Shown one piece after another: positions 1 to 12,300 of a stretch of DNA of 64,000 bases. The first letter of the stretch is position 1. Every line of letters starts with the position of its first letter. This DNA comes from Marsupella aquatica. Lineage: Eukaryota > Plantae > Marchantiophyta. The notes beneath the pieces were generated by a model, which made no database searches, was not told where the DNA came from, and saw nothing but the letters and a program-made list of their open reading frames with translations. The stretch spans positions 8,270,963-8,334,962 of the forward strand of contig OZ316893.1 of NCBI GenBank assembly GCA_973895155.1. Reading direction: 5' to 3'. Position numbers and translations under genes: made by a program.

Positions 1-681
1 TCTTGATCGTGTCGGTTCGACTATTCTATAAACCAGCATTTAAATGGTTGCCAATGGGTTTGGGACATTCAGCTAACGGAAGAATGTCGAGAATCTGACT
101 TTGGCCGGAGGAGTAAGGGTCTTTATATTTTGTACTAGATTCACATATCTGTCCTAATCAAAGCCTCCAGCTGATTCTACCACAAGATGATGATTGGGTC
201 TATGGGCTGAGCAGAGTTTTGGTGTTTTTAATTGAGTTTCGAATTATGTGTTTTTCCTCCGGGCTAGCTTGTTACTTGAAGAGATGTGGTGTTTTAAATC
301 AGACAATCTAAGAACTCCCAATGTTAGACCAATAGCTTTATCTATCCTGTGGGCACCTTTTCACTGGCCAGTCTTTTAGGGGTTTGTGCCGCCCCTTCTG
401 GGGTGGTTAAATTTTTGGTTTGGTTTCCTTTCTTCTCTCCTGGTGCCGCCCCTTCTGCGGTGGTTGAATTTCTGGTTTGGTTTCCTTTTTTCTCTCCTGG
501 TCCCAGCTTCACTATAGGCTTATAGACCTCTGGTCCCCCCTGGGTGTGGAACCCTTATTGTGGGCCAGTGTGTTGTAGGCTAACTTTTTGAATAAATTTC
601 AATTGGTTTTTTAAAGCTACCTGCTGTATGCTGGCTTTTTGAATGAATTTCATTTTGTTTTTTTAGAGGGAACAAAAAAAA
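1..681 (+). mobile_element. 3' end (UTR and A-tail) of a non-LTR retroelement; same family as copies at 2147 and 8072
   Basis: Ends CTGTATGCTGGCTTTTTGAATGAATTTCA...AAAAAAA. The segments CCTGGTCCCAGCTTCAC and TGGTCC recur in reverse complement at ~2147-2320 and ~8072-8250. Confidence 0.5.
386..499. repeat. ~57-bp tandem duplication
   Basis: GTGCCGCCCCTTCTG(G/C)GGTGGTT(A/G)AATTT(T/C)TGGTTTGGTTTCCTTT..TCTCTCCTG occurs twice in tandem. Confidence 0.9.
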
Positions 682-702
682 GGGCATGATTGGGGCTAGT
701 TA

Positions 703-1469
703 GAATAGGATAATGTCGTGGTTAGAGGGCATTATGAGATATAGTGCCCTGAAAAATGAGTGTGGCAGCCTAAGTTTTGAAGGCATTATTCTCATAATGC
801 CAGCAACTAGGACATTAATGTGCGTAAAAACTTGAATGATTTTTAGGTAACAAACAAGAAAAAGTGAATCTTTGAATAGAAAATCCAAGCAAATGGGCCT
901 GCAATTGGCCAAAGACATGAAAGAAGTTAAAAACAAATCTTGTAATTTTGATACAAGTTATTATTATGTTATTTTACTTGGTAACACTATATTTGGGTTT
1001 TACTTTTCCTATTTTAGTGATACTTCACATAATGTCCTCCTCAAAAGAAAGAAGGCTATATGGAAAATTAATGTACTCAAAAATACAAAGACTAAAGACC
1101 CTAAATTTCCCATATAGTCTCCCTTCTTGTGAGGAGGGCATTAATATGTGAAATATCACTAAAATAGGAAAGGTAAACCCAAATATAGTGTTACCAAGTA
1201 AAGTAATATAATAACTTGTATCAAACTTACAAGATTTTTTCTTAACTTTTTTCATGCCTTTGGCCAATTGCAGTCACTTTTGTGTGGATTTTCTATTCAG
1301 AAATTCACTTTTTATTGTTTATTATCAAAAAATTGCTCAAGCTTTTATGCACATTAATGTCTTAGTCATTGGCATTACGATAATAATACCCTCAAAACTT
1401 GGGCTGCCCACCCTCGTTTTAAGTGCATTATATATCATAATGTACTCTAACCAATACATTATACTATTC
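703..1469. repeat. Long imperfect inverted repeat (foldback), ~370-bp arms with ~30-nt loop
   Basis: 703-1070 pairs with 1102-1469. Ends GAATAGGATAATGTCGTGGTTAGAG and CTCTAACCAATACATTATACTATTC. ORFs 872+ and 1025- translate as mirror peptides. Confidence 0.92.
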
Positions 1470-1901
1470 AAAAAGCACCCAAAAAAATGCAAAATAGTTG
1501 GGACAAAAAGAGAAAACGAGGAAAAGCGAATAATAATTCGTGTAAAATCAAAGGGAAATAGTAACACAGCGAACCGAGTATATATACGATGGGTGCCAAC
1601 TTGCTGTCGTGGCACGACAGGAAGGTGCCATAGGTACCACATAATGGGGATGCATTCCCATCGGAGGTGGAGCTGCCCTGGACATGCCAGTTGACCGCTT
1701 TCATCGTATTATTTTGTCGCTCGGTGTGCCCGCCTGCCCCCGCCTGCCCCCGCCGGCCACTTGGTGGACGGTTGAGTAATATAGGAACGGGCAGCTAGTG
1801 GAGATTCTTTGTCGGCCCTGCCCGTGGTCTCGCCAGAGTTTTAGGTCCTTAATTAACTAAACCAACAGTCCATCAAATTTGAAGCTTAGCTTTGGGACTC
1901 C

Positions 1902-1996
1902 CTATTATCAGTGTCTAGGAGACGGACTGTGATTCCAGCATAGTCCATCAAACTCACTATTATTAGTGTCTAGGAGACGGAGTGTGATTCCAGCAT
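1902..1996. repeat. Short direct duplication (~39-bp core)
   Basis: TATTAT(C/T)AGTGTCTAGGAGACGGA(C/G)TGTGATTCCAGCAT occurs twice. Confidence 0.9.
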
Positions 1997-2146
1997 CGAC
2001 CTGCGTCAGCTCGACTCAACCCATCTCACCTCCTTTCATACAGTGGTTATTTTTGTCACTGTGTTGGAGATTGCATCAGGACGAAGCTTAGAAGAAAATG
2101 ATCATGTAATAGGTTGGTTCACGTCAAGTTAGATCGCAATGACGTC

Positions 2147-5100
2147 TTTTTTTGCCTTGAGAAAAGTCATTGAATTACATCCAGAAAGTCACCATTCAAC
2201 ATGCGTGGGCCCACAAAGGAGGTCGGTACCAAGGGTGGACCAAAGGTCAAGAAGCCTACAAACTGGAGAGGCCGGAACCAGGAAGGAAGCTAAACCAAAG
2301 GGAAACCTAAACTAGAAATTTAGCTACTGCAGCACACGCGCGAGCAGCTCAAACTCCAAAAGTCCTCAGTGAACAAGGGACCGGCTGGGTACCCAGCAGT
2401 GGATCCGTGATAGAAAAGCTATCAGCCTAGCCTGCAGTGTAAGTCCAATTCCTATGGGAGAGTCTTTCATGGTGGACCGGGTGGGACTTGGAAAATTTCG
2501 TCGGCATCTCCTACAAACCAGTCCAAGAGCCATAATCAAAGGCCATGTCGTTGAAGGCATCATTAAGCGCGTAATTACGCGAGTTCAGTCTCTTCTCGAT
2601 GAACTCTTGTAAGAAACCCTGATACAACAACCTTGACCACGACCATCATTCCGGGAGTCTGAAGTTACATTAATATATGGACGTCCACACACTTGAAAAG
2701 TCAAATTCCATCATTACTCATGCCTGCAGTAGTGCAGTACACTGTGACACATCCCAAAAAATGATATTCGCCTGCCACTTCAGACATGATCGTGCAAAGT
2801 TTTGTTTAAAAAATTTGGCGGTCGATTATGGTTTCTTGCAGTGCAATGCCTAAATTCTCAGACATTCGTTGAAACGAGTTGACTGGAACAAAGACTTTCT
2901 ATCCTTGATTCGAGAAACTCAAAAATTCACGTAGAATTACACAGTTTTAGAGGCAAATCCGCGCACGAAAGAGATCTCAGTAATGAAAAGCTAACAGTCT
3001 TTCAGCCACTGTACATCACCTTGACACAATCTGCAAACTCCCAGTCGGCCTCGCTGTTTGACAGGAAGATATTCCTCGCCGCAAGGGAAGGAGGATCTCA
3101 CGGAATCTCTTATTAATGTGTTATTGGCCCATTCTCGTGTCGATGTGGTAGGGACGTCAAGAAAACTTATCCGCTCGGAGTAGATTGGATTTGAGATTTA
3201 CAGTTGACACAGATGACCGTGTTATATTTTAGTCAAGATATGCTCACAGCGAAGTGAGCTAATAGTTTGATTTCGTGATCGTAGTGGCCTTGCTCAATCG
3301 GCGTTCCACCCCGCGTTCCACTGTAGATCGAGCGACGTGAGGTTCGAGGAGAGGAGCGGATCGCTTCACCTTTCTGAGTCCCTGTCCTTGAAAGACCGAT
3401 TCGCGGGCAGTCAGCCATTCTGTAAAGCGGCACCGACAAATTGTTTAGCGGCTGCTCACTCCGGTTGATCGGATCACGCCGTTGATATTTGGATCGATGT
3501 ATCCAAGCTAGTGTAGAAGATATTCGTCACAACCTGTTAAGCAGCGAGATTGTTCTCCGAACAAGAAGGATGTGGGCGGTTGCCAGACGTGAACCACATG
3601 AGTATCGGTTACAGTGTAAGGATCTATCATTGAGCTTTACAAGTACTATAATGAAGAAAAGGTAGATTTTATGATAGTGCTGACAGATAGACTACCATCG
3701 AAAAGTGGGTCTGTTTGCTTTCGACAGTTTGCCCCCGACGAGCCAGCATTTGAATTCCAACATTCAATTTTGTACTAATTTCGTCTAACAATTGCATTTC
3801 AGGGGACATGATGAAAATTGTTGAATGCAATGCAAATTGCCTCCGAGCTGGTTGAAGCATTCCCTGGAAAACCTTCCCATGAATCTCACCAAAAGCTCTA
3901 CCGACAAGGCTAGCGGGCCTGAAGTTCAATAGATCTAAACCAACTCAAATGAGCTTTCTGGGTCAATCTATCCGATAGAGCGCTATCGAAAGCTAACACA
4001 GGGGTATCGGTGTAGACTGAAGACGCTAAAGCTGACTCTGGGCCCAGCTACCGTTGGGGTGGGACTGAAAAAGCACGACTGTACTCACATCTATTTATGA
4101 GCAAACCTCGGGCATTCGATCAGGCTATATAGTGGGGAGTAAAATTCCGCGTTTTCTTCTAGGATAATGAAAACGTCAGAACCTATGACAGTTCATCAAA
4201 TGAGCTGCATGTCTAAAAATCAGGATCGTTAAAGTGTGAAGTTATCATCTGTCTGTAAATTGACGTGTTACAGTTGTTCTGAGATTTGAAATTGCAGTAT
4301 TCTGTCGATTGTTAGGAATTGAATACATGGCAAGAGTTTTACTTGAGCTGTGGACTGTACCAAAATAATTCAACAGTCACTCCATTAGTTTGCTACCGGA
4401 CTGATTCGCATCGGTGAACATGGCCAGGAAGGGTTATTGCTATCGATAATCAATCTTGCTCGCTTTGAAACATGGGCCCACAACAGTCACCGAAACGTTT
4501 TGATCTGACCGATGGCGAACCAGGTAGCTCAAGAAGACTGGACACATCAGGTTTCCTTTAGAACAGATTGAAAGTAAACTATGATTGGTTCAGAGAGTGA
4601 ACGTTTCTGAAAATTAAATGAGAAATCGCAGTTTTGTTTCTGTGGGTCTTTGTATTACCATTAGAGCGTCATTCACGAAAATAAAATGATTTCATCTAAG
4701 GGTCAGACGACCTAAACTTCTGCTATGAGCATTGAACTCGAGGTTATAACCCGAGGCCCGGAGTGCATGTCAAAGGTTCGAGAACGAAAAGTTTACTAAT
4801 ACCGTTTTTCTATTATCGATGTAGATCAAACAAACCAAAGAACCCTAAGTAAGACGAAACATTGCTAACAGCAGAAAAATCTCCGATTTACTTTGTCATG
4901 GCGAATATTGAAAATTTCCGAATAATTGTGCTCGTCAATAATTAATCAAAGTCCTTCGAGGCAACTGAGCAACGGCGACACCTACCATTAAGTAGCACCT
5001 CACGTATCTACGCACTAAACTAGGATATAATGGTCTCCACACTCATGCACTCATATTAGAACGGGCCTAAATAAGCTTGAATCTGTTCCGAAACCGATTA

Positions 5101-5900
5101 AGATACGAAGAAGTTCTCATAATGTAAGCTTCACGTTCACTTGTTTCCTTAGTAAGACCTGTAATTTGAAGGAAAACAAAGGCCCCAATCCAGTATCATA
5201 TTCCGAACACCAATGAAGACCTTAACAGGATAATCCCTTGAAATAATCAGACAAGACCCACAACAGGAAGCCTGGAGTAAGTACCAGGTGACAGACTTTA
5301 CAGTAGAATTGAATCAGGATGCATGTGCGTGAGTCTCTCAGGCAGCATTCCTGTTGTTCCCTAAGTTGACTCGCTGACCAAAACCCCTTTTTCAGCATGA
5401 GAAACGGTCCGCAATTCAGTGCTCTCATCATTCAGAATCCAGGTTTTAGTACTTTCCATCCACACACGAGTCTGACAGCAAGAGATTCTCATTCAAGATG
5501 GTCATCATACAGGATTAAGTGGGTACTCTCATGCCATCGATCAGTAAAGATTCTTGAGTGGTTGGTCACACGTTGATGATTGTGAGATGAATTTTCTGCC
5601 ATCCACAGTACAAATAAATTCAGTCACAAATCAATGGATTCTCGCCCGATTGGGGTTGTTACATGAATTTTGGAGGGATCATCAAACAGTTAGCAATTCA
5701 CTAAGTGCACATAAAAAGGACGAGTAGGAACTACAGCCATTCTTAGATCAAAGATCTGAAACCAAGTTACGAGTCCAGCCCGGGATGATACTAAATATAC
5801 AAAATATAAAACGGGGGGTGTTCCTGCCTGCAAGCCACTGCAGCTTCCTTTGGGCAATTTCGCGTTAGAAATAACTAGTGAAGAATCGTACTAGAGGCCT
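2147..5900 (-). mobile_element. Highly degenerate L1-like LINE (ORF2 relic and 3' UTR)
   Basis: T-run at 2147 and a family-shared UTR. Minus-strand relics appear in LINE order: LSDY..GPLFSFKL (endonuclease end, ~5160-5260), PFLAMFTDANQSG (~4400), LLINR..SRAFSV (~4070-4110), STKLNV...VYLS (3669-3790), HFF-GC-like Zn-finger (~2750). Many stops; 5' boundary approximate. Confidence 0.5.
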
Positions 5901-8071
5901 TCCATTGGGGTAAACTGATCAAAAAATCTTGACAAAGATACGAATTTAAGGGCTTTCGTTTGTTTAAAGTAAAGAGAAAGCTAACCTGCCCATGCCAATA
6001 CTCTATGAATGATGAAGATCACAAAAAGAATGACATTGTCACTAAAGATGTTTTTACAATATTGTCATTATTTTATTGTATTTATAAACATGTAGCCAAT
6101 TTCATATATAGTTCACTTGGTTCCCTTGACTTGAACATTACCTTGGTGAAATTGAAATTGTCATCCATATTGAAAACCTTGGCATATTTATAAATACAAA
6201 AAAAATTGACAAATCCTGTCAATTAGAACATCTTTAATAGTAAAGTACTTAAAGGGTCAAAAGTACAAATATGACAGTAACACTCACTCAAGTGAGTTGG
6301 TGTTTGAGTTCCACTTGATAGAATAAACAGTAATTATCTAAAACATTTGCTACCCACAAGGAAACTATCTTCTAGCAAAGAAGTCTCTCCCAGCAGTCCT
6401 AATGGTCTAATGACCTCATTCCAAGGGAGGTCCCAAGTCATGTGCAAAGTTTCAAATAAAGCACCCTTAAACTTTGGGAAAATAAGTTTTACTTTAATAT
6501 TTTTCTAGAAATATTTCCCTGGCTAACATAGAGTTCTAGGAGCCAGTGACTCAATGGATATTCCCAAAGTTGGTATTAAAAAACTTGTATGACTCATATA
6601 ATTCTGAAAATTGGACTCAAACACTCCCAATGTTCTTCAACAAAATTTTGAAAGTCTTGTTCCCAATTGCATTAAACAACCCCATAACTTATTCGTGCGT
6701 GATGGGTCAAAAGGAAAGAAGTAAGGACCATGGGCTAATGGTTAGTCGCTATACATGCCTATTATTCTGATGATGTGTTTTTGCAAGTTTGTTGTTTTAC
6801 TTTCTCAGAGCTTGAGCTTGGATTTTGGTTTTCAATGAAGGATTTGCCTTGAGCTGTGCATTTTTCTCCTTAGAAAGAAAAATGTTTAACATAGACAAAT
6901 TAGCTTGGTGCACCCTTGCAACAAAGATTATCTTGGTAAGGTGCACTTATGGCCTAGACTTATGGCTTGTGATGCCTTTGGGCGGGTGGCAAGGTTCTTC
7001 ATAAGCAGCAGCAGCGAACCATAAGCAGGTCTTGCCTCAAAGACCAATTGAAATTCATTCAAAATACCAGCATGTATTAAAAGAATATATAGTTTTACAG
7101 AACCATAATCCAGGTCCTGCTACAAAATACCCAACAAGTTTTTTGGAAGTTCCATTTGCCACTACCTCTGCTTTTGGCACTTGGCGCTGGGACGGCTCTG
7201 GGTCCTCCTAGGCAAAAACAATTCATTCTCCCGAGCATTCAGACATTTCGCGCAAAAGACAATTCTTAACTTTCATCAAGAATAAACATTTTGACTCTTA
7301 CATTTTGTTTGACCTATATTTTTTCTGAAACTTTCAGAGAAAATGAATAATTGTTTAATGGGCAGTATTCAGTTCACTAGAGTACCCTTGCTAGTGGCCG
7401 AACTCAAACACGTAGACTCTTTATAGTATTTAGTCACGCACACTCTATTTACTCAGAGGTGAGGTTATATTCGAGGGAGGTGATGATAATTAGTGTGTGT
7501 GATACTGATGTGGTACATTAATTGGGGTCACCAGTCAAATTATGTCGCACAACCTTAAATAAGCACAATAGACAATAGTCCAAATTTGCATATGTAAAAA
7601 CTAAGATGTGCACAATATTTGACTGCCATTTAGAAAAGTCACATACACTACTCCAAAACATCAAGCAAACTTCAGAAATCCATAACCTCCTTGTGAAGAA
7701 CATTGTCACCTCAGATTATCAGGGTTTCTCAAACATTCAAATTATTATTGGGGTGACAGTAAGGGCTAACTGGTCTCCGAACTGCCACTTGCTTTAAAGA
7801 GGGTACCACTTATCTACGTACTAGAGAGTCCTGACCCCTAGTGGCGTTTTGGTAAACCTGACATATTCTGCAAAACATTATGGGTTGTGGGTTAATCAGT
7901 TGAATGATGTTGGTCGCCAACTGTCTCCATCTCAAATTGGGTTGAATGCATGCAAAACACTGCCCCAACCTTGGTTTTTGCCAAACAAATATTAGAACCT
8001 TTCCGGTCAGTTTCTAGTTAATTGCAATGTCCCGGCACCAAAGGGGTTCCCCACCACTTTCCCCACCACTC

Positions 8072-8410
8072 TTTTCTTTTTTGCCTTGAAAGATAGTTTT
8101 GAATTTCATTCACAAAGACAGCATACAGACAGGTGACCACAGGGGCAACACCACAAGAGGACCAAAGGTCAAAGTGCAAAGAAAGCCGGTGAAGCTGGCG
8201 CCAGGAAAGAAACTAGGCCCCCATAGAAGGGGCAGCCAAATAAGGAATTGAACTACTGTAGTAGGAGAAGCACACTCCAAGAGACTGGCCAGTGCTCAGG
8301 TTCCGACAAGATTCCATTGAGCCCCACCACTTGTGTGATACAGGGTGCCAATAATCTTCATAATAGGGCAGCTTTTCAGTGGGCAAAATTTTGCAGGGCT
8401 TTTTGTCTTT
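8072..8410 (-). mobile_element. 5'-truncated copy of the same non-LTR 3' UTR
   Basis: TTTTTTGCCTTGA start shared with 2147. GGACCAAAGGTCAA shared with ~2236. CAGCATACAG and GTGAAGCTGG.CCAGGA match the reverse complement of 495-640. Confidence 0.55.
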
Positions 8411-8610
8411 CATTAGCCTTTTCCCAACTAGCCACAGGCCCATTGACTAGAATCTAATTACGATCCTTAGATCTAGGAGATCTCATGGTCAGAAACCTAT
8501 CTAAGAAAATTTAATACCTGATATTCTCAGCATCTTCCCCTTCACGCAGGTCCAATTGGCCACGTTGGCCAAACAGGAAAAACCTTTAGAACTACCCTGC
8601 TCACCCCAGC

Positions 8611-9376
8611 CTTTTTGGCAACCCAGACATATCCTACAAGAATCGCCTGCCCACACAATGCATCAGCTTTTTCCTAAGGGTAAAATTGGCTAAATTCCAC
8701 CTTACTGAAAAGTATTCTCCATTTCTGACTAAAAAACTATTATTTAACTAGCTCACCTAGCCACTTTCTCCCAACCAGAATCTGACAATTATCTTTAAAC
8801 CTAGAGAGATCTAACTGTGAAAAGGTAGATATCTCTAGGTTAGAAGTTAGAGAAAGAATATTTGTGTCACAGAAGGTGATGTTGGCCAGGTTAAGATTAA
8901 CCTTAACAATTACTTCCTTGCCCCCCCCCCCCCTTTAATCTCTATCAGGTCCAGTGTGATGTGTTGTCATATCCAAGTCTAACCTTTTGGCAGCCCTGCA
9001 TATCTTATAAGAATTGTTGGCCCTAATTAAAAAATTAGAGAGAGAATATCTCCTTCACACAATGTGACAAGGCTAGCAAAGCCTTTGAAATTGTACCCCT
9101 TGGCCTTTTGGCAACCTAAACAATATCCGTTAAAAATTGCCTCCTTTGACCTTTTTGGCAACCCTGATATATCATTCAAGAGATGTAACTAATGGACCTC
9201 TAAACTGAGCGTGTTAATCATGTAACCCACGAGGGTTTGAGTATGTTGAGTTAAATTCCATCATTGGTATGGGTCATTCATGCAGTCATCCAATACATTC
9301 ATTTTGGGGGTTTAATAGCTCTATTCTAAAAAGTCCTAACATATCCTAAAAGATTCGTTGCCCATACAACGCACCC
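8611..9376. repeat. Dispersed ~35-bp motif cluster (transposon subterminal-like)
   Basis: CTTTT(T)GGCA(A/G)CC..(A)CATATC..(A)AAGAAT copies at ~8611, 8984, 9105 and 9151, a partial copy at 9335, and a weaker copy at ~7847. Confidence 0.7.
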
Positions 9377-12300
9377 AAAGCAGAGCATCCATGGCAAACG
9401 CGCATACCCATAGCACCGCCATCCAGGGAATCCTAACAGACTGACCGGCTCCCGTATTGATGTTCCCGTCAGACCGGACGAGGGCTCTGTCTAACTGACA
9501 ACTCAACGAACAGGATCCAACGGGCAGAATATCTGATCTTCACCGCCAATCACATCAAGCGAATATATTCTTCTTTCTCGTCTCGGTATCGATTTATTTA
9601 TTTTGAACGTCATTCTCATGATAAACAGCGAAGTTTAGCGACGCTTCGACCGTGGATCTCTCCAATATGAACGGCGTAGGATGTATGGGCTGCGAAGACG
9701 AAACCAATGAAATGCTGCGTACGGCATGCTCTTTCTGTCGCTGGACTGCGGTTCGGCAACAAGCGTCGTGAGTATTTAGCGGCCCGGGACATGACCGGAC
9801 GAAAAGATCCCCACCGTGATGCGGGTAGGGCAATACCGGGCCGGGCAGTATCCCTGCCGGGATGTTTTTAACGCCATGTGCACCGACCTAGTACACTGTG
9901 TCCGAAGTGCCTACCAGCCTACGTGGCTCACCGACCACGGTGTCACCCGGCTTAGCAGACATACTCACGACCACGTTTTCACCCAGTTTCTCAGATACAA
10001 CCGCACAGTCTCTTGGTTCATTACAGTTATCTGGTATGTGTGTTAAGGGCTTGTGCAAGGTAAAGTTATTAATCACAATTTTAAGGGCCAACTCGCATGT
10101 AAGCCACACTACCCTTTGCAGCCCTAAAATTGACTTGCGGCAGCCTATTGGTGCATGAGAGAAAAATGTCATCACCTCCTCCTCCCATTCCAATCCTGAT
10201 GGCAGAAACTTAGCAAATTGAAAGGCAAGGGTGACCTCAACATCCACATAAACCAAATGCCCTAAAGTAACAGTCATATTGTGATAGTCTGTCATTGCAA
10301 GTTTTGTTGTAGTGAGGACAAATTGACTTGTTAATGTACAGATTCAATTGTCCTAAAGGATAAAGGGCTGCAAAACACAAGGCCACTCACATGTGAATTG
10401 TCCCTAAGTACCTGGGGGTGGAAAACACGGTGAAACCAGTTTTGGGTCGCCCCAACCCCTTCGTGCCTTTCTCACCATGAGTTACTGAGAGGGAGCCTGT
10501 GCCTGTGCACAAGCCTGATGCTTCCCCTTCATTGTTGCCCAGGCCTGATGTTTTTCCATTGCTAGCCAAGCATTGACTTTCCTTCCCTCCATCGCTACCC
10601 TGCTGAGCTCCATTGAGCTGCATTGGGCTCTGAGCTCCACCAAGCTCCTATCAAGTTGTTGAGCTGCTGACCTCCATCGTGTGATGCTTCCCAAGATCTA
10701 GACAAGTGAGAGCAGTTGTGTCATCATGGCTTTGCTTGGGATTTCTGGTGCTTGGAAATATTGGGTGTAGGTTCTAAATAATTTCTTTGGTGCTAGCTTG
10801 GACTTTGGGTGGCAGAGATGTGTTTGAATAAGCTAAGCACAATCTTTTGAAGTTCTGCCAAATTGAGATCTTGGTCGCAGTGAATGTTACTTATAATAAT
10901 GTTCAATCATGTGCTCTGCAAGCCTGATTACTTGGAAATGTCTAGGCCTAATGATGATTGCCAAGAAATTGAGAATTGGATGTTCCTGGACGAGTGTGCA
11001 AGTATCAAATTATTTACTCGTGCTTTGTGGTTTATTGTTGTCCTCTTGTGCCTATTGTGAGTCCTCAAGTAGAAGGTGTGAGACTTTTAGAATTTGAGCA
11101 GATAATGCTTCTCATACTTGAATTCTTGAATTGCATAGTTTTTTATTTTTGTGTGCAGATAATGAGCCTCACTGAGCATTTGATAAGACCAGCACTAACT
11201 TAGATTAAGCAAATGGTTTACATGCAGATGAAGATATCCCAAGTTGTGCTGATTATGATGTTGAGGATATGGTACCTCCTGGGAGAGAGAAATTGTGAGT
11301 TGTTTCCAACAGATCTGTCTTACCAAGCCACATCATTCTGGAATTCAAGCAGGCATCCAAGCGACTCCAAAACCAATAAGGCAAGGCAAAGGTTTCTTTA
11401 TGGGAAGGAAAGAAAGACAGCTGATGTTGTCCACCTATCATACATAGGCGCAGCAAAGTGGGGACTGAGCTTAATATCCATAGTCCACATTTGTATGAGG
11501 TCATAGTTTCATTGCAATTCAGGAATAATGTCACAATTTTGGAGAAAGTAGTTTACTGTAGGCTAAACTAGGCTGCAACTGCTTTTAAAGTTGACACTTT
11601 CCTTTGTCATGTAAGAAGTGAATGATGTCCAGACCAGGGAATTACCATTCTTCAAGTTGGGCTCAATTGACATGGGTACTTTGATTGTGCTGCAATTACA
11701 TACTCAACTATGCATTCAGGAGTTGCACTCAAATATAATAGTATGGAGGATTCAGTTATGGAATTATATTTTCCACATAGTTATGGAGCAAGCAATAGAT
11801 AACTGGTAATAGTTTCTTTAAGACTTGGAAAGTGATACTAGTATCTACTCCATAGATGTTTCTATGAAATAGGCATTCTATAAGCCTCATATTCCGTTCT
11901 GACTCCCCAGCCCATCCTGCCTCATATTCGTTAGTAACTTGTTTGCCTTCTATCACATTGCTCAAGTCATTGAATTTTCTCTGTGAAATTTTGGTTAGTA
12001 ATGGAGTAGCTCAGAACAGCTCCTTCAACTTGTACTTTTGCATTATCATCATCAGGAGCCACATTTAAACATGCACCAATGAAATAAACATCCATGACAA
12101 ATTCCATTGAAAAGTATTGTGAATCACACTATTGTCGTATCTTACTATTAAAGCGCCAACTCAAGTCTACTTTTAAGAGCCTAGGTCTAGAGTGAAAGCC
12201 TCTAGACCGTAACTCTATGGCCATCATGTGCATGGGAGAAACTCATGACATGATGTATGTACATACCAGTTTTCCTTGATAATTTCTATATGCACTATGG

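Noticed and set aside
872-1267. Two similar ORFs on opposite strands
   Set aside because: Artefact of the inverted repeat; AT-rich with no protein motifs.
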